NCBI GenBank assembly: GCA_949358305.1
Contig: OX442314.1
Coordinates: 31,062,001 to 31,126,000, forward strand
Direction of reading: 5' to 3'
Length of the DNA: 64,000 bases
DNA from: Strigamia acuminata
Taxonomy: Eukaryota
Under the pieces are notes generated by a model. The model saw only the letters and a list, made by a program, of their open reading frames with translations, did not search any database and had not been told where the DNA came from. Both the position numbers and the translations under genes were made by a program. Shown one piece after another: positions 35,001 through 47,003 of this stretch (position 1 is the stretch's first letter; the number at the start of each line of letters is the position of its first letter).

Positions 35001-36308
35001 ATGAATAAAGACACTCGCAATTATGTTCGTAGTTGTATTCATTGCCAGCAATACAAGCCCTGTCAACATAAGAAACATAGAGCGAGTTATACTCCTCATA
35101 ACATGTCTTACCCTTGGGAAGTAATCTGCATCGATTTAATGGGTCCCAAACCGACAGGAAGAAGCCAATACAGATTTGTATTAGTAATTATCGATCAATG
35201 TACCAAATGGGTAGAATTATTCCCTTTAAGTAAGGCATCTAGTGAATCTATCGTGAATAGGTTAGGAGAGGTAATTCATAGATGGGGATACCCAAAGAAA
35301 ATTGTTAGTGATAACGGGAGCCAATTCATATCCACAATTTATGAAGAGTTTTGTAAAAAACACAACATCAGAATGGCTCATGTGAGTCCATATCACGCTC
35401 AGGCCAATCCTACAGAAAGGGCCAATAGGGACATTAAAATAATGTTAGCCCTTTATTCTGATATTCACTCCCATTGGCCAAGATTCTTAAACGAATTTGC
35501 ATTTGCCTCGAGAACGGCTAAATCAGAAGCTACAGGCGCAACGCCATTCTTATTGAATACAGGAAGAAATGTACCTCTTCCCTTTGATCCTCGGATCATT
35601 CAACATGCGAATGCATTTGACAAGAATAACCCGGAAGAATACGTATATAATTTACTTGGAATTTTACGTCGAGCACATCAAGCGATGCACTTGCGTATCC
35701 AGGCAAATTATGAGCGACACGACAAGATTCACAGAAATAAATTTCACATTTGCGAATATACTGTCGGTGATTTAGTATGGAAGGCCACTCACATTCTTTC
35801 AAATAAAGAGAAAGGAATTACTAAAGGTTTCGCAGAGAAACGAGATGGACCATGGGAAATTACGGAAGTTTTACCAGGAGGTGCTTATAAGTTGAGAAAG
35901 TTAGTTGATGGGTCAATAGAACCATCCATAAATACTGATGATCTCTCACCGTATATCCCATCCTACCCGATTGAAACTTGGACACTCGATCAAAAGAGTG
36001 GAAAAGTAGAGAATCATCCAAACCCTGATTGGATGAACGAAAGTTCGATCATAAATAATTCAAGTGAATTAAATAATCAAGAATTAGGAGATAATTCTAC
36101 TAACATGGAATTAGACCCCGAAAAAGTTACGGCTCCCGCTTCAAAAGAAAGCGACATCATAGTTGATAATCCAAAACATGATTATAACCTTAGGAAAAGG
36201 AAAAGAAGTTGTGAACTTTCACAACTGCAACCTCGTACGAAGCGAATTTCTACGACAGATCAAGAATACACAACAGATTTTATACATCTGATTCAAGATC
36301 GCCGCTAG
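32016..36308 (+). CDS. pol: Element B pol (PR-RT-RH-IN), intact
   Basis: LMDSGA, YLDD, TDAS, HHCC, SDNGSQF and GPW motifs in a 1430-aa ORF. Confidence 0.97.
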   Translation: MAGVLEPPIINSGGILPPDLEQALSETLDNLTIQDKEIKRARPNRKTRKRNWNYKFKIASNTPFSAEETANPFLNFHDDLFSLDKGDESLARLIQDTSNLNIRDESTSSSGGVFENLQSMIDNLNPDSKSSRFARLKSYINKNQLKRKDGIERINKLGNHIDDPRMKITIGGLTYNALMDSGATQCFIGLQLLSKTCASPDFIQDCPKHMRVCAVGVTHIPLGQITLCVQWADGAEFTPINFIILDNNVCGLIIGHNFMRRTKINLNPARAVFTCDSKSDWTAPYETDELNCNLARVQILTDNTTATHTPDNWEELLVKDCDCSDEEKSKLREVIASVKNVFRDKVGCTNIIKHKITFKKDVTWKKQPFRMYNPAKIAIMTKLVEELEADNLIERATGPYISHPVIVAKPNGTYRLCIDYRWLNAITEINAIQMPSIDLLLHNTNQAKYFTSLDLTKGYYQVEMDEEDRQKTAFYTPKGNYQFVRMPFGLCNAPCTFQFLTERVMGEALYKHALVYLDDVIIFSTTWEKHLEHIKDVLERLDKANLSVNKEKSKFGKTTLKFLGHLITPTGLAPDPDKIVSVRKYPTPKNSKDIQRFHGLSNFFRKFIPEHAKITRPLTSMMHDKAVFEWGKEQETAFEAIKNILCDETQVLLMPDMMKPFVILTDASHDGLGSVLCQDVEFFDEGKREMIMTPRPVAYASRVLRGAEVRYSTPELECLAVVWAVDKFRPYIEYTTFTLESDAEALKWLMGTPEPSGRFGRWAIKLQCGAFKIKYRRGTQNQVADAFSRAPLEIEDIPENDYCEPIEITQFWPEWDGNREIIRRNNREDCQFLTNVQLHFDYSKLLYNTLEKGEKMDEATEETLFSALTEVLKEVPPTREEIIEAQLADKECRMIIDHLKRDEIEQRKFKKTKEWMKAVQGYQLDFQEENGNEMLIYFKPTFEEELNDSGNGFKAVIPPSLVRRVLFACHGHPLSGHAGMSKTLERAKLIYYWPKMNKDTRNYVRSCIHCQQYKPCQHKKHRASYTPHNMSYPWEVICIDLMGPKPTGRSQYRFVLVIIDQCTKWVELFPLSKASSESIVNRLGEVIHRWGYPKKIVSDNGSQFISTIYEEFCKKHNIRMAHVSPYHAQANPTERANRDIKIMLALYSDIHSHWPRFLNEFAFASRTAKSEATGATPFLLNTGRNVPLPFDPRIIQHANAFDKNNPEEYVYNLLGILRRAHQAMHLRIQANYERHDKIHRNKFHICEYTVGDLVWKATHILSNKEKGITKGFAEKRDGPWEITEVLPGGAYKLRKLVDGSIEPSINTDDLSPYIPSYPIETWTLDQKSGKVENHPNPDWMNESSIINNSSELNNQELGDNSTNMELDPEKVTAPASKESDIIVDNPKHDYNLRKRKRSCELSQLQPRTKRISTTDQEYTTDFIHLIQDRR

Positions 36309-37122
36309 TGATAGCGTATTTTTTTAAATAAAATATAAAGTATTTAAAAGATAAAAAATCGGGTCACTTTTGACCCACAAATTAATTATGGATAAATCAT
36401 AACCTATAGGAGAGTATGGTAAAAATACCCCGGGTAGAGAGTAGAAGATTTGTTCTCTCACAAGTTTCACACACATGTGCGAGCCAACTTTGACACCTGT
36501 GTCGATAGAGAAGTTCGTCGCGATTTCTTTCAAAGAAAACCTCGAGATTCATAGTAAGAATCATGTATTACCAATAAAATTGGAAAGTAGGTACCAAGAT
36601 TTAAATGTTATAATCCTCTAATGATAGAAAAGGACGAGAAAACTTCGGTGATTATTTTCGTCTGAAAAGAGACGAACACGTGACCTCGGCGTGAGGAAGA
36701 AAAATTTCTCTTTCGAGAAAATTCGAAATATCATCACGACGGTTCAACGCTGTACTAGAGTGTTACGTGTAAGTAGTGATAAATTTAAATATATCAAGAG
36801 ATATTCACGACTATTTTATATATAAAATTAGAATTCTACGTTGGCAGAGAACATCTTCGCTAAAAGCAACGAGTTTTGTCAATTAAAAAATCGACATCAC
36901 ATCATTGTGAATACTTAAGTGGATTCCGGAGATTCCTAGTGTAAGTATTCTAAAGATAATTCTATCGAATATTACGAATAATAAAAAGCCGCGCATGACT
37001 CCGATATAAAAATATATCGAAACCATCGAGGAAGTTGATAAATTTTCACGATAGATGGCGGTATAAATTTAGTCAGTTAAAATCGTATTGATAAGTTTTC
37101 TATGTTATTTTTCTCTAGAAAA

Positions 37123-38814
37123 ATGGGAAAAAAGATAGAAAAGAAGAGGAAGTATGTGCTGATTGAATCCTCCTCCTCCGATGAGGAAGTGGTGGAACCT
37201 CCTACGTCTGCCGCCGTATTCGTAGAAGGGTGTCCCAAAACACCTGTGATCATCAACGCACGAGGATGGGACATTTTAAGTTGGGCCCGTGAGCATCCCG
37301 AACTGCTCCCCGCCGAACTTGGACCACCCGGGGTCCCCACCTTACAAGAAGGGCCTGCGAAAAAGGAAACTGTTTCAAAACAATTTGTTATCCCGAAGAT
37401 AACAAAGAAGACGGATGATTTCAGCAGAAATAATCCGCCTATAGAGAAAAATCAGCCGAGTACTAGTCAATCACGAAAGGTGGAGATTGTGTACAACCGA
37501 GTCAAGTCGCCGGAACGAAGAAGAAAATCTCCTCCAGCGGAAACTAAACGCCGCCGAACCTCTGAAGACGCTACACCTTCCTCTTGTACTGGTCAGGAGC
37601 GTTCAAAAAGAGAATACGTTAGGTTTAACGATTCACCAGACCGAGATCGGGAAAAGAGGTCGTATTCTTCCTACCGAAGGTCCGACCAACCTAGGAATAG
37701 GCCAAATACCAGCGCATGGTCAGATCGCCAAAAGTTGGCGAATAAAGTCCGTCAGATTCAGAAAAGACGTGATCAATGTAAACGAGATTCGGAGAACGGC
37801 AAACCACACGACAATATGGTACTCTCGAAGGACGAAGTGCCATGTCCTTTTTGTTCCGCCGTCGGGTGGGTCTCGGGATCGGGAACCGGAGGCCACCTGG
37901 CGCAATGTTCCAATTGCGAGGGCACAAAGAAGCGGCCCAAAAGCCAACCTTGGCGCCCCAGCTTTCTACCATTTGTGGTCAAGGGGATTCACCCTCCCCC
38001 AGCCAGGATGTGGGCAACTTGCCCGGAGTGTAAAATTGTCCTCTCCAGTGACGGAAGATCGCCGTACATCAGCCCGGAGTTCTTGAACGCCATAACCACT
38101 CCACTAGGAAGGGAAATGCAAGATCTGAGAATTCCGCCAGAAGCTCTAGAGAGCTCCCAAAGACCACGAAGTACGACAGTCGTCGATAAAGGATGTCAAA
38201 CGGTATCCAAGAAGAACGAAAAAGAAGCCGAAAATGAACTTCTTGCGGAACCCTTTTTCCCTCCACCAGGAGCGAAAATTGCGCATTTATTCGAATACGA
38301 GGTGAGCTACTATTTTCCGACACTTTTTAGAATTGCCGAGAAAATTACGGAACAAATACGCCAAGGATCTACTGACCCTTCGAACATCAACTATGCAGTC
38401 CATCTGATGAAGTTGATATTTAACGCCAATCGGGGCGAATCTTTTGCCGTGCTGGAGCACATTTGGACACTGCTAATTGACAGAGTCAACACCGACGGAA
38501 GAGGATTAATAAGCCCTTCATGGTTCTACGGACTTCCCTGCATTGCGGAAATATACGACGCTTCAAAGAAGGTTATTGAGGAAAGTTATGAGTTAGTTGA
38601 GAAGACGCCAGAATATGAACCACGGTCTCCAGAGTACGCGCCGGAATCTCCACCCACAGAAGATATAGGTGAAGGTTCAAAAGAACCCAATTTCGTCATC
38701 GACCGAAAACCAGCGGAATTTCTTCCACTAGAAAAATCCGAAGTCGGCGAGTCCAGCGAGACTCTTAAGAAAGAAAGTGAAGGATCGGAGTCCGATGAAG
38801 AAGAAGTCAAGTGA
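37123..38814 (+). CDS. Element B ORF3: basic, Cys-motif accessory protein, not env
   Basis: Open 570-aa frame; acceptor-like TTTTTCTCTAG (ending 37118) just before ATG 37123; Arg-rich tracts; CPFC, CSNC and CPEC. Confidence 0.8.
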   Translation: MGKKIEKKRKYVLIESSSSDEEVVEPPTSAAVFVEGCPKTPVIINARGWDILSWAREHPELLPAELGPPGVPTLQEGPAKKETVSKQFVIPKITKKTDDFSRNNPPIEKNQPSTSQSRKVEIVYNRVKSPERRRKSPPAETKRRRTSEDATPSSCTGQERSKREYVRFNDSPDRDREKRSYSSYRRSDQPRNRPNTSAWSDRQKLANKVRQIQKRRDQCKRDSENGKPHDNMVLSKDEVPCPFCSAVGWVSGSGTGGHLAQCSNCEGTKKRPKSQPWRPSFLPFVVKGIHPPPARMWATCPECKIVLSSDGRSPYISPEFLNAITTPLGREMQDLRIPPEALESSQRPRSTTVVDKGCQTVSKKNEKEAENELLAEPFFPPPGAKIAHLFEYEVSYYFPTLFRIAEKITEQIRQGSTDPSNINYAVHLMKLIFNANRGESFAVLEHIWTLLIDRVNTDGRGLISPSWFYGLPCIAEIYDASKKVIEESYELVEKTPEYEPRSPEYAPESPPTEDIGEGSKEPNFVIDRKPAEFLPLEKSEVGESSETLKKESEGSESDEEEVK

Positions 38815-39318
38815 CTCGCGGAGTTAAGTGCTAAAATTAGAAAACTTTAAAAAATGTTAGAATTAACGTAAAAATACAAGAGTATTCTGTTTAAAAACAA
38901 TTTAAATAAGCATTTTGTGATATGAAAAGTCATGTTTTAAAGGAAAATCAAGAGATGATCCTAAAAAAAAGAATAATTTTTTAATATTTATTAATGAAAA
39001 GCTAAAAAGAAATAATTTACCAAAAAATTATGTTAAAATTCCAGTTATTTGAAATAATAATTGTGTGAAGAAATGAGACTAAGTATTGTAAAGTTTCAAG
39101 TTTGTTTTATTGTAACCAAATAATATTTTATTCTTGATAATTCATTAAAAAAGAATTGTTGCGCACATCAGAAATATGAAATTTATTTTGAGTCACACGC
39201 ACACGCACTCCGCTGTTCGGGATGGAAAAGTCCTGTTCTGAGATATTAATAAAGTCATTTCGCAAGAATAACATAAACTTATGAAAAGAATTCCTAAGTT
39301 GAGTGATTAAGGGGGATG

Positions 39319-41060
39319 TATGACGGTTTATAAGTGCTATTTATTAATAACACGGCCGAATTGAAAGTGTTTTCGGCCAAACCCGCATTTGTCAATGCTC
39401 CGAGTCACCACTAGATGGCGCGATTATAATTCAGCGGTAAATTCGAATTGCGAGTTAAGAAAACTGGTAAATAAATATAAGAATATATTTATTTGTATGA
39501 AACAACACTTTATTAGGATTAATATAAATATATATTAAATGATTATTGTTCACACTAAAGTGATGGGAATCTCTAGTTCAGCAGAAACGGAGATTTGATA
39601 ATCCATCGATCAACCGATCAATGTGATTGGTGGATCCATTTCCGGTCCTGGGTATCCAGTTCCGGTTGTGGTGTGAATTAGCATATTGCTCCTCTGTATC
39701 CACTTCCGGCGATACGGGATTGGAGGGATTCGTGGAACCCATGTTCCAATTGGTTGATTGGATTAATCCCTAATCCAGTCAGGTTATATAAACCCAAACA
39801 ACCAGCCATTCCGCAGCTCTGTTTGATTATTTCTGTTTGGTATTGTTACTTAAGAAATATGATTCGTTGTTCACGTAAAAAACCTTTTGGTTCTTTGTTG
39901 ATTTATTCGCAAAGAACCGTTGCATGATTCTACAGAATCATGCCACCGCCGGCAATTGAAGTCGAAGTGCTGGGATCATTATGTTGCATAAATGTTACAG
40001 TTTACGGTTGCGACGCCGAAGGAGAACCCGCCGTTGTGCAATTCAGTATCCTCCGGACAGGACCATGTGGTCTTTCTCGGTATGAACGTATTCCGTTACC
40101 GCGAGTAGCATCGGTATTGTTGAGAATTGGTTCCTTCACCGGATGGTGCCAAAGCAGTCTGTTTTACAGTAACCACGAGTAGCACCAAGTGTTTGGCAAG
40201 CTGATTCTCATGGTATTCGATGCCAAAGTAGTCGGTCTATTATTAGTACCGCGAGAGATTATACTGCTGTGCGGAGCCGCGAGCTATCGACTCCTGTGTA
40301 CGTGATACCGTCAATCGCTAGACGAACGACCGTGTTGCGACGCAGGGGACGCTTGATACCGTTCTGCATTGCAAGGCGTATATTTCTTTCGATGGCAATT
40401 GTGTGTTGCGACGGGAAGCTTAATCTTCATTTTATTTATAACAGCAAAACTTAACTTGACAACCAGTTGGACAAATCAAGTCTAAAGACTTAATCTTATA
40501 TTTAACTCAATATAACCGATAAAGTTGACGACAACTTATCCGCGAAATATCTAATAGAAACTCACAACGACACGAATTAAATATAATTCGTAAGCGGAAT
40601 ATTGATAAGTAAATAGATACATTTACTTACACCAATATCCTCCCAAAGTTGTGGCGGTGCAGACAAAGTCAACCGCAATGCTCAGATCATTCGATTTATC
40701 GACGTGCGATAATTTACACAAGCGAACCAAGAAACCAGCGAAGCCGTATCGGACTCCAGAACGCAGCCATTCGGCTTAAGATGACATCTATAATCAGGTC
40801 GAGCGATGGGGAAACCGCTCCCATCCCACGGACACGTAATGATATTATTTTAGGGTCATTTGGCCAAACCATTTGTATAGTTTAGTAGTTATCTAACGGG
40901 CCAAATGTCGGCATTAGTCTTATGTACAATTTAGCATTGATATTATTGTTTACCAACAATAAACTGTCTTGTAGTTATCTCGTATTATATTCACTGTTTA
41001 TTTATTGCGATCTCTTCCCGGTACCATTGTTAAATGGGAGTTGTGGTCGTCACCGTCACA
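39319..41060 (+). repeat. Element B 3' LTR
   Basis: Preceded by PPT AAGGGGGA (39309-39316); about 4 substitutions versus the 5' LTR seen by eye. Confidence 0.97.
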
Positions 41061-44027
41061 TGGGTGGCCATGCATCAGCCAAATAATTTTATACTTCAAT
41101 GTCTGAGGTACAAAAACTTTGAGTGCTCTCCCATCCTCCCCCAATTCATCAGACATTGTGGGATGAAATTGCATTAATAAGTCATTTTCAATTAAGAAGG
41201 TGGTTGCGTATTTTCTATATTGTTTCCTCTGTAGTCGCGTTGTGACGTCAGGCGGAAATTGATTACAATTTAAAAAATTACGCATCAATTGGCAAACTTT
41301 ATCTTCTTTTTGTGCCTTAATTATGTCTTCCCTTGTGGGAGGTTCACAATCAAGACGTTCTACGATTTTGGCGACAAATGCTTTTATTAAAACATTTGAC
41401 GAAGGAACTTGGAATTTCCTTGAAATCTGCGCTCTTATGACGTCATCTGATTCCTCAGAGGGGTCATAAATTTTAGTCCAATAGTTGACGAATTCGTGAT
41501 CTTCCTTTTCCTCCAGCGTGGAGATAGGAAGCTCATGAAATTTTCCCATTTTCCAATTTCTTTGTGGTGATGGACAATAAGATAATAATTCATCATTATC
41601 TCCGTCGTCTTCAGGATTTTCCGGTTTATCAATCGGTGATCTGGATAAAGCATCCGCTAAAACATTTAGTGGACCTTTAATGTATTGAATTTCGAAAGAA
41701 TAGCGCATCAGCTCCATTTGCCAACGTGCTAACCTTCCGGCAGGTTCGTCTAACTGCATCAACCATTTTAATGCTTGATGGTCAGTCCTTACTATGAATG
41801 TTGTGAATTCCAAATAATGTCGGAATTTACGTAATGCCCAGATTACCGCTAGGCATTCTAATTCTGTGGCGCTGTAATTTATCTCAGCAGGTTGCAAACT
41901 TCTGCTGGCATAAACGCAAGGCACTTCGATACTTTGATCATCGATTTCCCTCATTTGCATAAGCGCGGCGCCTAATCCTTTTCGACTAGCGTCAGTATGC
42001 ACAATGAATGGTTCTGTCAAATCGGGCATGGCCATTGTTTCTGCATTTGTTAAAGCATCTTTTATTTGATCAAAAGCTCTTTGATGAATTTCCGACCAAA
42101 TAAATTCCACATCCTTTTTGAGCAAAGGACGTAGAGGTTCTGTCATTACTGCTAGATTTTTAAGCAATCGGTGAAAAAAGTTCACCATTCCCAAAAATCT
42201 CTGCAACTCTTTCAAATTTGAAGGAGCTGGCATTTCTTTAATAGCGGCGACTTTTTTAGGGTCGACACTAACTCCTTGAACACTTAACTTGTAACCAAGA
42301 AAAGTTAATTCTTTTCTGCCAAATTTTGATTTTTCTGGATGAACATGAAGATTTGCATTTTCAAGTTTACTCAGAATTTCTTCCAGATGAATCATGTGTT
42401 CTTCAAAATTTTTAGATATAATAATTATATCATCGAGGTATGCCCATGCGAATTTTCGATAGGCATCCCCCAAAATTTTTTCTATCAACTTTTGAAAAGT
42501 TGACGGCGCATTTACGAGACCAAAGGGCATGACTCGAAATTGTAGTCGACCCAAAGGGCTCCAAAACGCAGTTTTAGCACGGTCGTTCGGATGAACCTCT
42601 ATTTGCCAATAGCCTTTTGACAAATCTATCGTTGTGACCCATTCAAATCTTCCGAGTTCTCGCAAGATTTCCTCGATGCTCGGCATTTGAGGAGGGTCGT
42701 ATAATGTGTGTGCATTGAGTGGTCTAAAATCAATGCAGAGTCTCGGATCACAATCCGGACGCATCACTAGAACTATTCGCATCCCATAGTCTCCAGTGGC
42801 TTGTTCAACGTACCCATTATCCAACATATCTTGACAGATTTGACGGATAATTTCACGTTTCTGTGGATTTACGCTTTTAAACGGAACTCTAATAGGAACT
42901 TTAGTGTCCAGTTTAATTTCATGCCTAACGAGGTGTGTTCTACCTGGTCGGCGTGACAAAATCTTTTCATGTTTCTTTAATACTTTTTCAAGCATTAAAT
43001 TATTTTCCATTGACAAATTAGCGTCGCTAACAAGTCTTTGTACTATATTTTCTTCATTGGCAACTTTAGCTTGACATGCAGTGGCGGAACCAGCTTTCAT
43101 GTGATTTGCTTTAATAAAGTCGCGTTTCATGATTTCTTCGGGTGGATCAAGGAACTCTTGATAACGATCAAGAATCGCTTGAGGAACAAAAGGTAAATCT
43201 TCCTTCAAAGTCTTAACAAAATTCCAAGACATGGTCTTAGGATTTGGTTGAATATTGAGTCGATTCATGAAATCACATCCTAATAAAATAATAGGATATT
43301 TATTTCTCAAAATTATGAATGGATGACTTAACATCCCGTGTGTCCACGCAAAAGAAAGCAGGAGAGTTCCTTCTGGGACTACATCTTCTGAAGCAGTTGT
43401 AACTCTCACATCTGGTCCAATTGGTCGAATTTCATCTTCCAGTTTCAGCGAAATTACTACGGAGTAGGCCATGAAGCTTCGATTAGCTCCAGAGTCTAAC
43501 ATCCCTGTTATCATACCATTTGCCGTCTGCAATCGAATCGTCGGCAAATCATTGCTGTTTGGTATGTCCGCGTACTTGCACTTAAAACGTCGCGGTGGCT
43601 TAATTTCTATCGGCGGATCCAATGGTAATTCGTCCAATAAATCATTAGTGACTAGCGTTGTAGCCATTAACTTTTCAATACAATCGTCAAGACCAGGTAA
43701 ATCAATTTTATCTGACCTTTCAACAATTTCCGGTGTTGGCCTAGCTTTTCCATCTAGCAAAGTAACAGCATCTTTTATTTTAAATTCCCAATCAACTTTT
43801 ATTTGTTGAACTTTTTCTTTAAAAAATTCCTCAGTGATGTCTTCATTTTGCAGCACAAGCTTTAAACTGGAAACATCAATTTTTGGAAATATTAAATTAT
43901 TTTCGATTTCTAATTTAATCTGAGTATTCAAAAATTCATCTAAAATTTGAGATGGTGTTAGTTCATTTTCCGAGGCGGTAGGCGTCGCATCCACTAGGCC
44001 GTCTGGATGCGCGCTTACAAGTTTTTT
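41061..44027 (-). CDS. pol: Element A pol, 5' part (PR-RT-RH, start of IN)
   Basis: MLDSGA, YLDD, HTDAS and TDHQAL; ends at MHGHP at the B insertion. Confidence 0.95.
43986..44027 (-). promoter_or_regulatory. -1 ribosomal frameshift signal (gag-pol, element A)
   Basis: A AAA AAC (44027-44021), then an 8-bp CGCATCCA/TGGATGCG stem; the -1 frame reads into pol. Confidence 0.85.
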
Positions 44028-46911
44028 AGAAGTTCGCCGATTGATTTCATCGATTTTTCGAACTCCTCAATAATCTTGTCTTTGCTTGTTTTTCTATCAG
44101 GACATTCTTTAGCCCAATGTCCCAATTTTTTGCAGATGTTACATGGATCAGTAGCGGGCGATTTAGCGACCTTTGGTGAAGGTGAACTTGAACGTTTGGC
44201 TTCATCCTTTTTAGGGGTCGGCGACTTCGATCTACTGAGTGCGTCTGTTTTTGGTGAACCAAAAGTAACGTTTTTAGGCGCCATCTTTGGTCCAAATTTT
44301 CTAGCTACTGCGTTATTACGGGCTAATAAAGCAGCTGCAGCCTCGCTTTCTGGTTCCGAGTCAGATTTCTCCGGTTCAGAAGCAGTTTCCATTTCGGTCA
44401 CTTCAGCCAAGTGAGCTTTAGGGGTTGGATGAGGATTTTTTCCATCCGATCCCTTTTTCGATTCCTTGGCAGTCTCTGCCAAAAAATCTCCTTGTTTTGG
44501 GGGTTGCAAAAGAGGGGTGTTAGCAAAACGTGTGTCTTTTGCCAACTCCTTTCTCCGTTGCTGTCGCTTAGCGTACGCAATTTTTTCATCAGCTGGTAAG
44601 TAAGCTTTGTAATTTTCGTCAATCCTTATCTGATTGGCTCGCATAAATTTGGCTAATTCAGCTAAACCACCCGGATAAGGTGCTCGTACTGAAAGTAGAA
44701 CATTTTTGGAATAATCTGTCAATCCACGACGGAATTGACGATCAATGGCTGCGTCTCCCATCGTATAAGGGAGAGTTACCAATAAATCTTCAGTCCTTCT
44801 TAAATAAGAGCGAAGACTTTCGCCTTTATTTTGAGAAAGATTATCCCACATTTGTAGTAAGTCTTCACTTGACTCTCCATATTCAGTCATGAATTCCTCT
44901 ACAAAGTGATTCCAATTTTGAAATTGTTTTGAATAAAACCATTTTTCAGCTCGGTCTATAAGAGCTTTAGGTACTACTCTTTTCAAAGCAGTGTGACATG
45001 CAATGCCATTCAACCTTGAAATTCGTAAAACTTCATCTAAAAGAGTGGATCCAGCTTCCCATTCTCCATCGAATAAAGCGGGTTTGATGTGATCCCATCT
45101 AATAGTTCTTTCATCAACTAGATCGTGAGTCCAGTTGTTGGCAGTGTATTGTGCAATTTTCTGTCGTAATGCAATGTCAGCATTATCGGCAGTAGCGTCA
45201 GATCGATCAGAAGATCGACGATCAGCTAATAATCGATCAATTTCCTCAGCAGTGTAATAATGAGTATTACGCCGCGAAGAATGGCCTCGATGTTGACGTC
45301 GATGAGATCGATGTCGATTATCGCGTTCTTGTTGCGCATTCACATCAGAATCCGACCGTGAATCAGATTGTGAATTTGAAGGCGTGTTAAAATGTGGTGT
45401 TTCAGGTGGGTCGGGTGGATCGCCGTCATCGTCATCTGGCGGTCGACGTCCACCTCCAGGCGGTCCATCTCCATGTCCCTCTGGATTTCTTCCATCTGGT
45501 GGATTTCTCCTATACTGACCTCCACCTGGTGGGCTTTCATGTCCGTCGGGCGGTTCGCGTGCTGGATTGGTGTCTCGTCGACTTCTTTTCGACGAATCTT
45601 GCTGTTGAGCCAATGGTATCGTTCGGGCAACGTGAATACCTGTTTCATGTTGTTTGTTTCGATCGTCTACCATTCCCAACAGTCGGTCACTATTGTGAAA
45701 ATTAGGGTTTCGATTACCAGGGAGCGGATTGCGATCAGCTCTCCGTTCCTCAGAATCTGAAGGACGTTTTCTTTTTGAGCGATGGCGACGACGTGAACGT
45801 TGGTCGTCATCACTCGACAATCCAGATTGGCTACTTAACTCTGAAACAACAGAAATTGTTATTGTTTCTGGAGTTAAAATAGGAACAGTCGGCGCAGCCA
45901 TTTCTGGTTGCACCAATTGGTCAGTATAATTTCTTGCTTGCAAACGATCTTTCATTTCTGCAAGCTCTTCTTGAGCGCGCAACAAATCAGCTCGGAGAAT
46001 TTCATTCTCATTTATTTGATTTTGCGATTCGTCCGGTTGTAATCGCTTAGCAGGGCCGCTGGACTTGACTTGTCCGCTCGTACTGGGTTGATTCAGCGAG
46101 TGGAAAATCTCGTCTTCACGCTTGGCTATTTTGCTCTCGTTTTAGCTCTCGTTTTAGCACGTGTGTCTAATTCAGCAGCATATCTTACTAGTTGATTATG
46201 ATTGCGTTGGTAGTGGTCTGCCAAATCAATCAGTTCTTTATTTTTCTGCTCCAACTTATTTTTGGTAAGTTCGAGCTGCCTTCGCGCCTCTTGGTGTGAG
46301 CGAATTGAAAGTTCATTTCTAACATTCATTTTTGAAAGATCTTCCACTTCACCTTTTAATCTGTATTCCCTAGCTTTTTGGGCTAGAAATTCTTCATTTT
46401 GTCGATTGAGTTCCATGTGTTGAAGCTCAACCTCCGTTTTTTGTTGTTGAAGCTCAGCTTCTTTTCGTTCCATTTCAAATTGTAAATTTGAAACGGCACG
46501 ATCAGTGTGAAGTCGTATCATGGCGCGATGAATCTCTTCCACCGTCATGTTGTCCGTTATTTGGGCGCCATCCTGGCGTGCTTGATTTCTCAAAGCATCC
46601 AGCATGGTCATGCGAGGAGGTGATTCGTGAGACGATTCACTTTCCATTTCTCGTAACGTATTTTCCACTTCCTCCAGTGGAAGTGGCGGGAGTTCTTGTT
46701 CGTTAGAACTCGCACTTGATGCGCTCAGGGCTCGAGCAACTTCATTTTCAGCGTCCTTAAGTTGTTTCGGATCTGGAACTGGTGTTATTTCTTCGGAAAT
46801 AATTTTCTCCACAAGCATTTCAGGCTCGAGAGCCGGCAAAACCGTCGCTGCTCGTTTCTGAGTGCTTGGTCGACCTCGCTGTCGTTTTACAATTTGCATT
46901 GGCGTCGCCAT
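44015..46911 (-). CDS. gag: Element A gag, split by a frameshift near 46140
   Basis: Coiled coil, capsid FDG..AEKWF, knuckle CNICKKLGHWAKEC; break at a 12-nt tandem duplication (TRAKTRAK). Confidence 0.9.
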
Positions 46912-46983
46912 TTTGTCAAATTGAAAAAGAACAATGGAAATAAAGGATCTTTTTGCAAAAATCGGATTTTAACAATCAAAACT

Positions 46984-47001
46984 ATCCCGGACGGGCCCCC
47001 A
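46984..47001 (-). promoter_or_regulatory. PBS complementary to tRNA-Pro
   Basis: TGGGGGCCCGTCCGGGAT, one mismatch to canonical TGGGGGCTCGTCCGGGAT. Confidence 0.9.
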
Positions 47002-47003
47002 AG

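Larger units (their letters stand above)
26821..41060 (+). mobile_element. Ty3/Gypsy LTR retrotransposon B, full length, nested in A
   Basis: Paired 1742-bp LTRs, TGGG TSD (26817-26820, 41061-41064), PBS, PPT, gag, pol, ORF3. Confidence 0.97.

Noticed and set aside
37102..38814. ORF3 of B (and of A) as env
   Set aside because: No signal peptide or hydrophobic transmembrane anchor visible; highly charged and basic
39317..39318. TG as the start of the B 3' LTR
   Set aside because: The 5' copy lacks it; the TSD and terminal inverted repeat place the start at 39319
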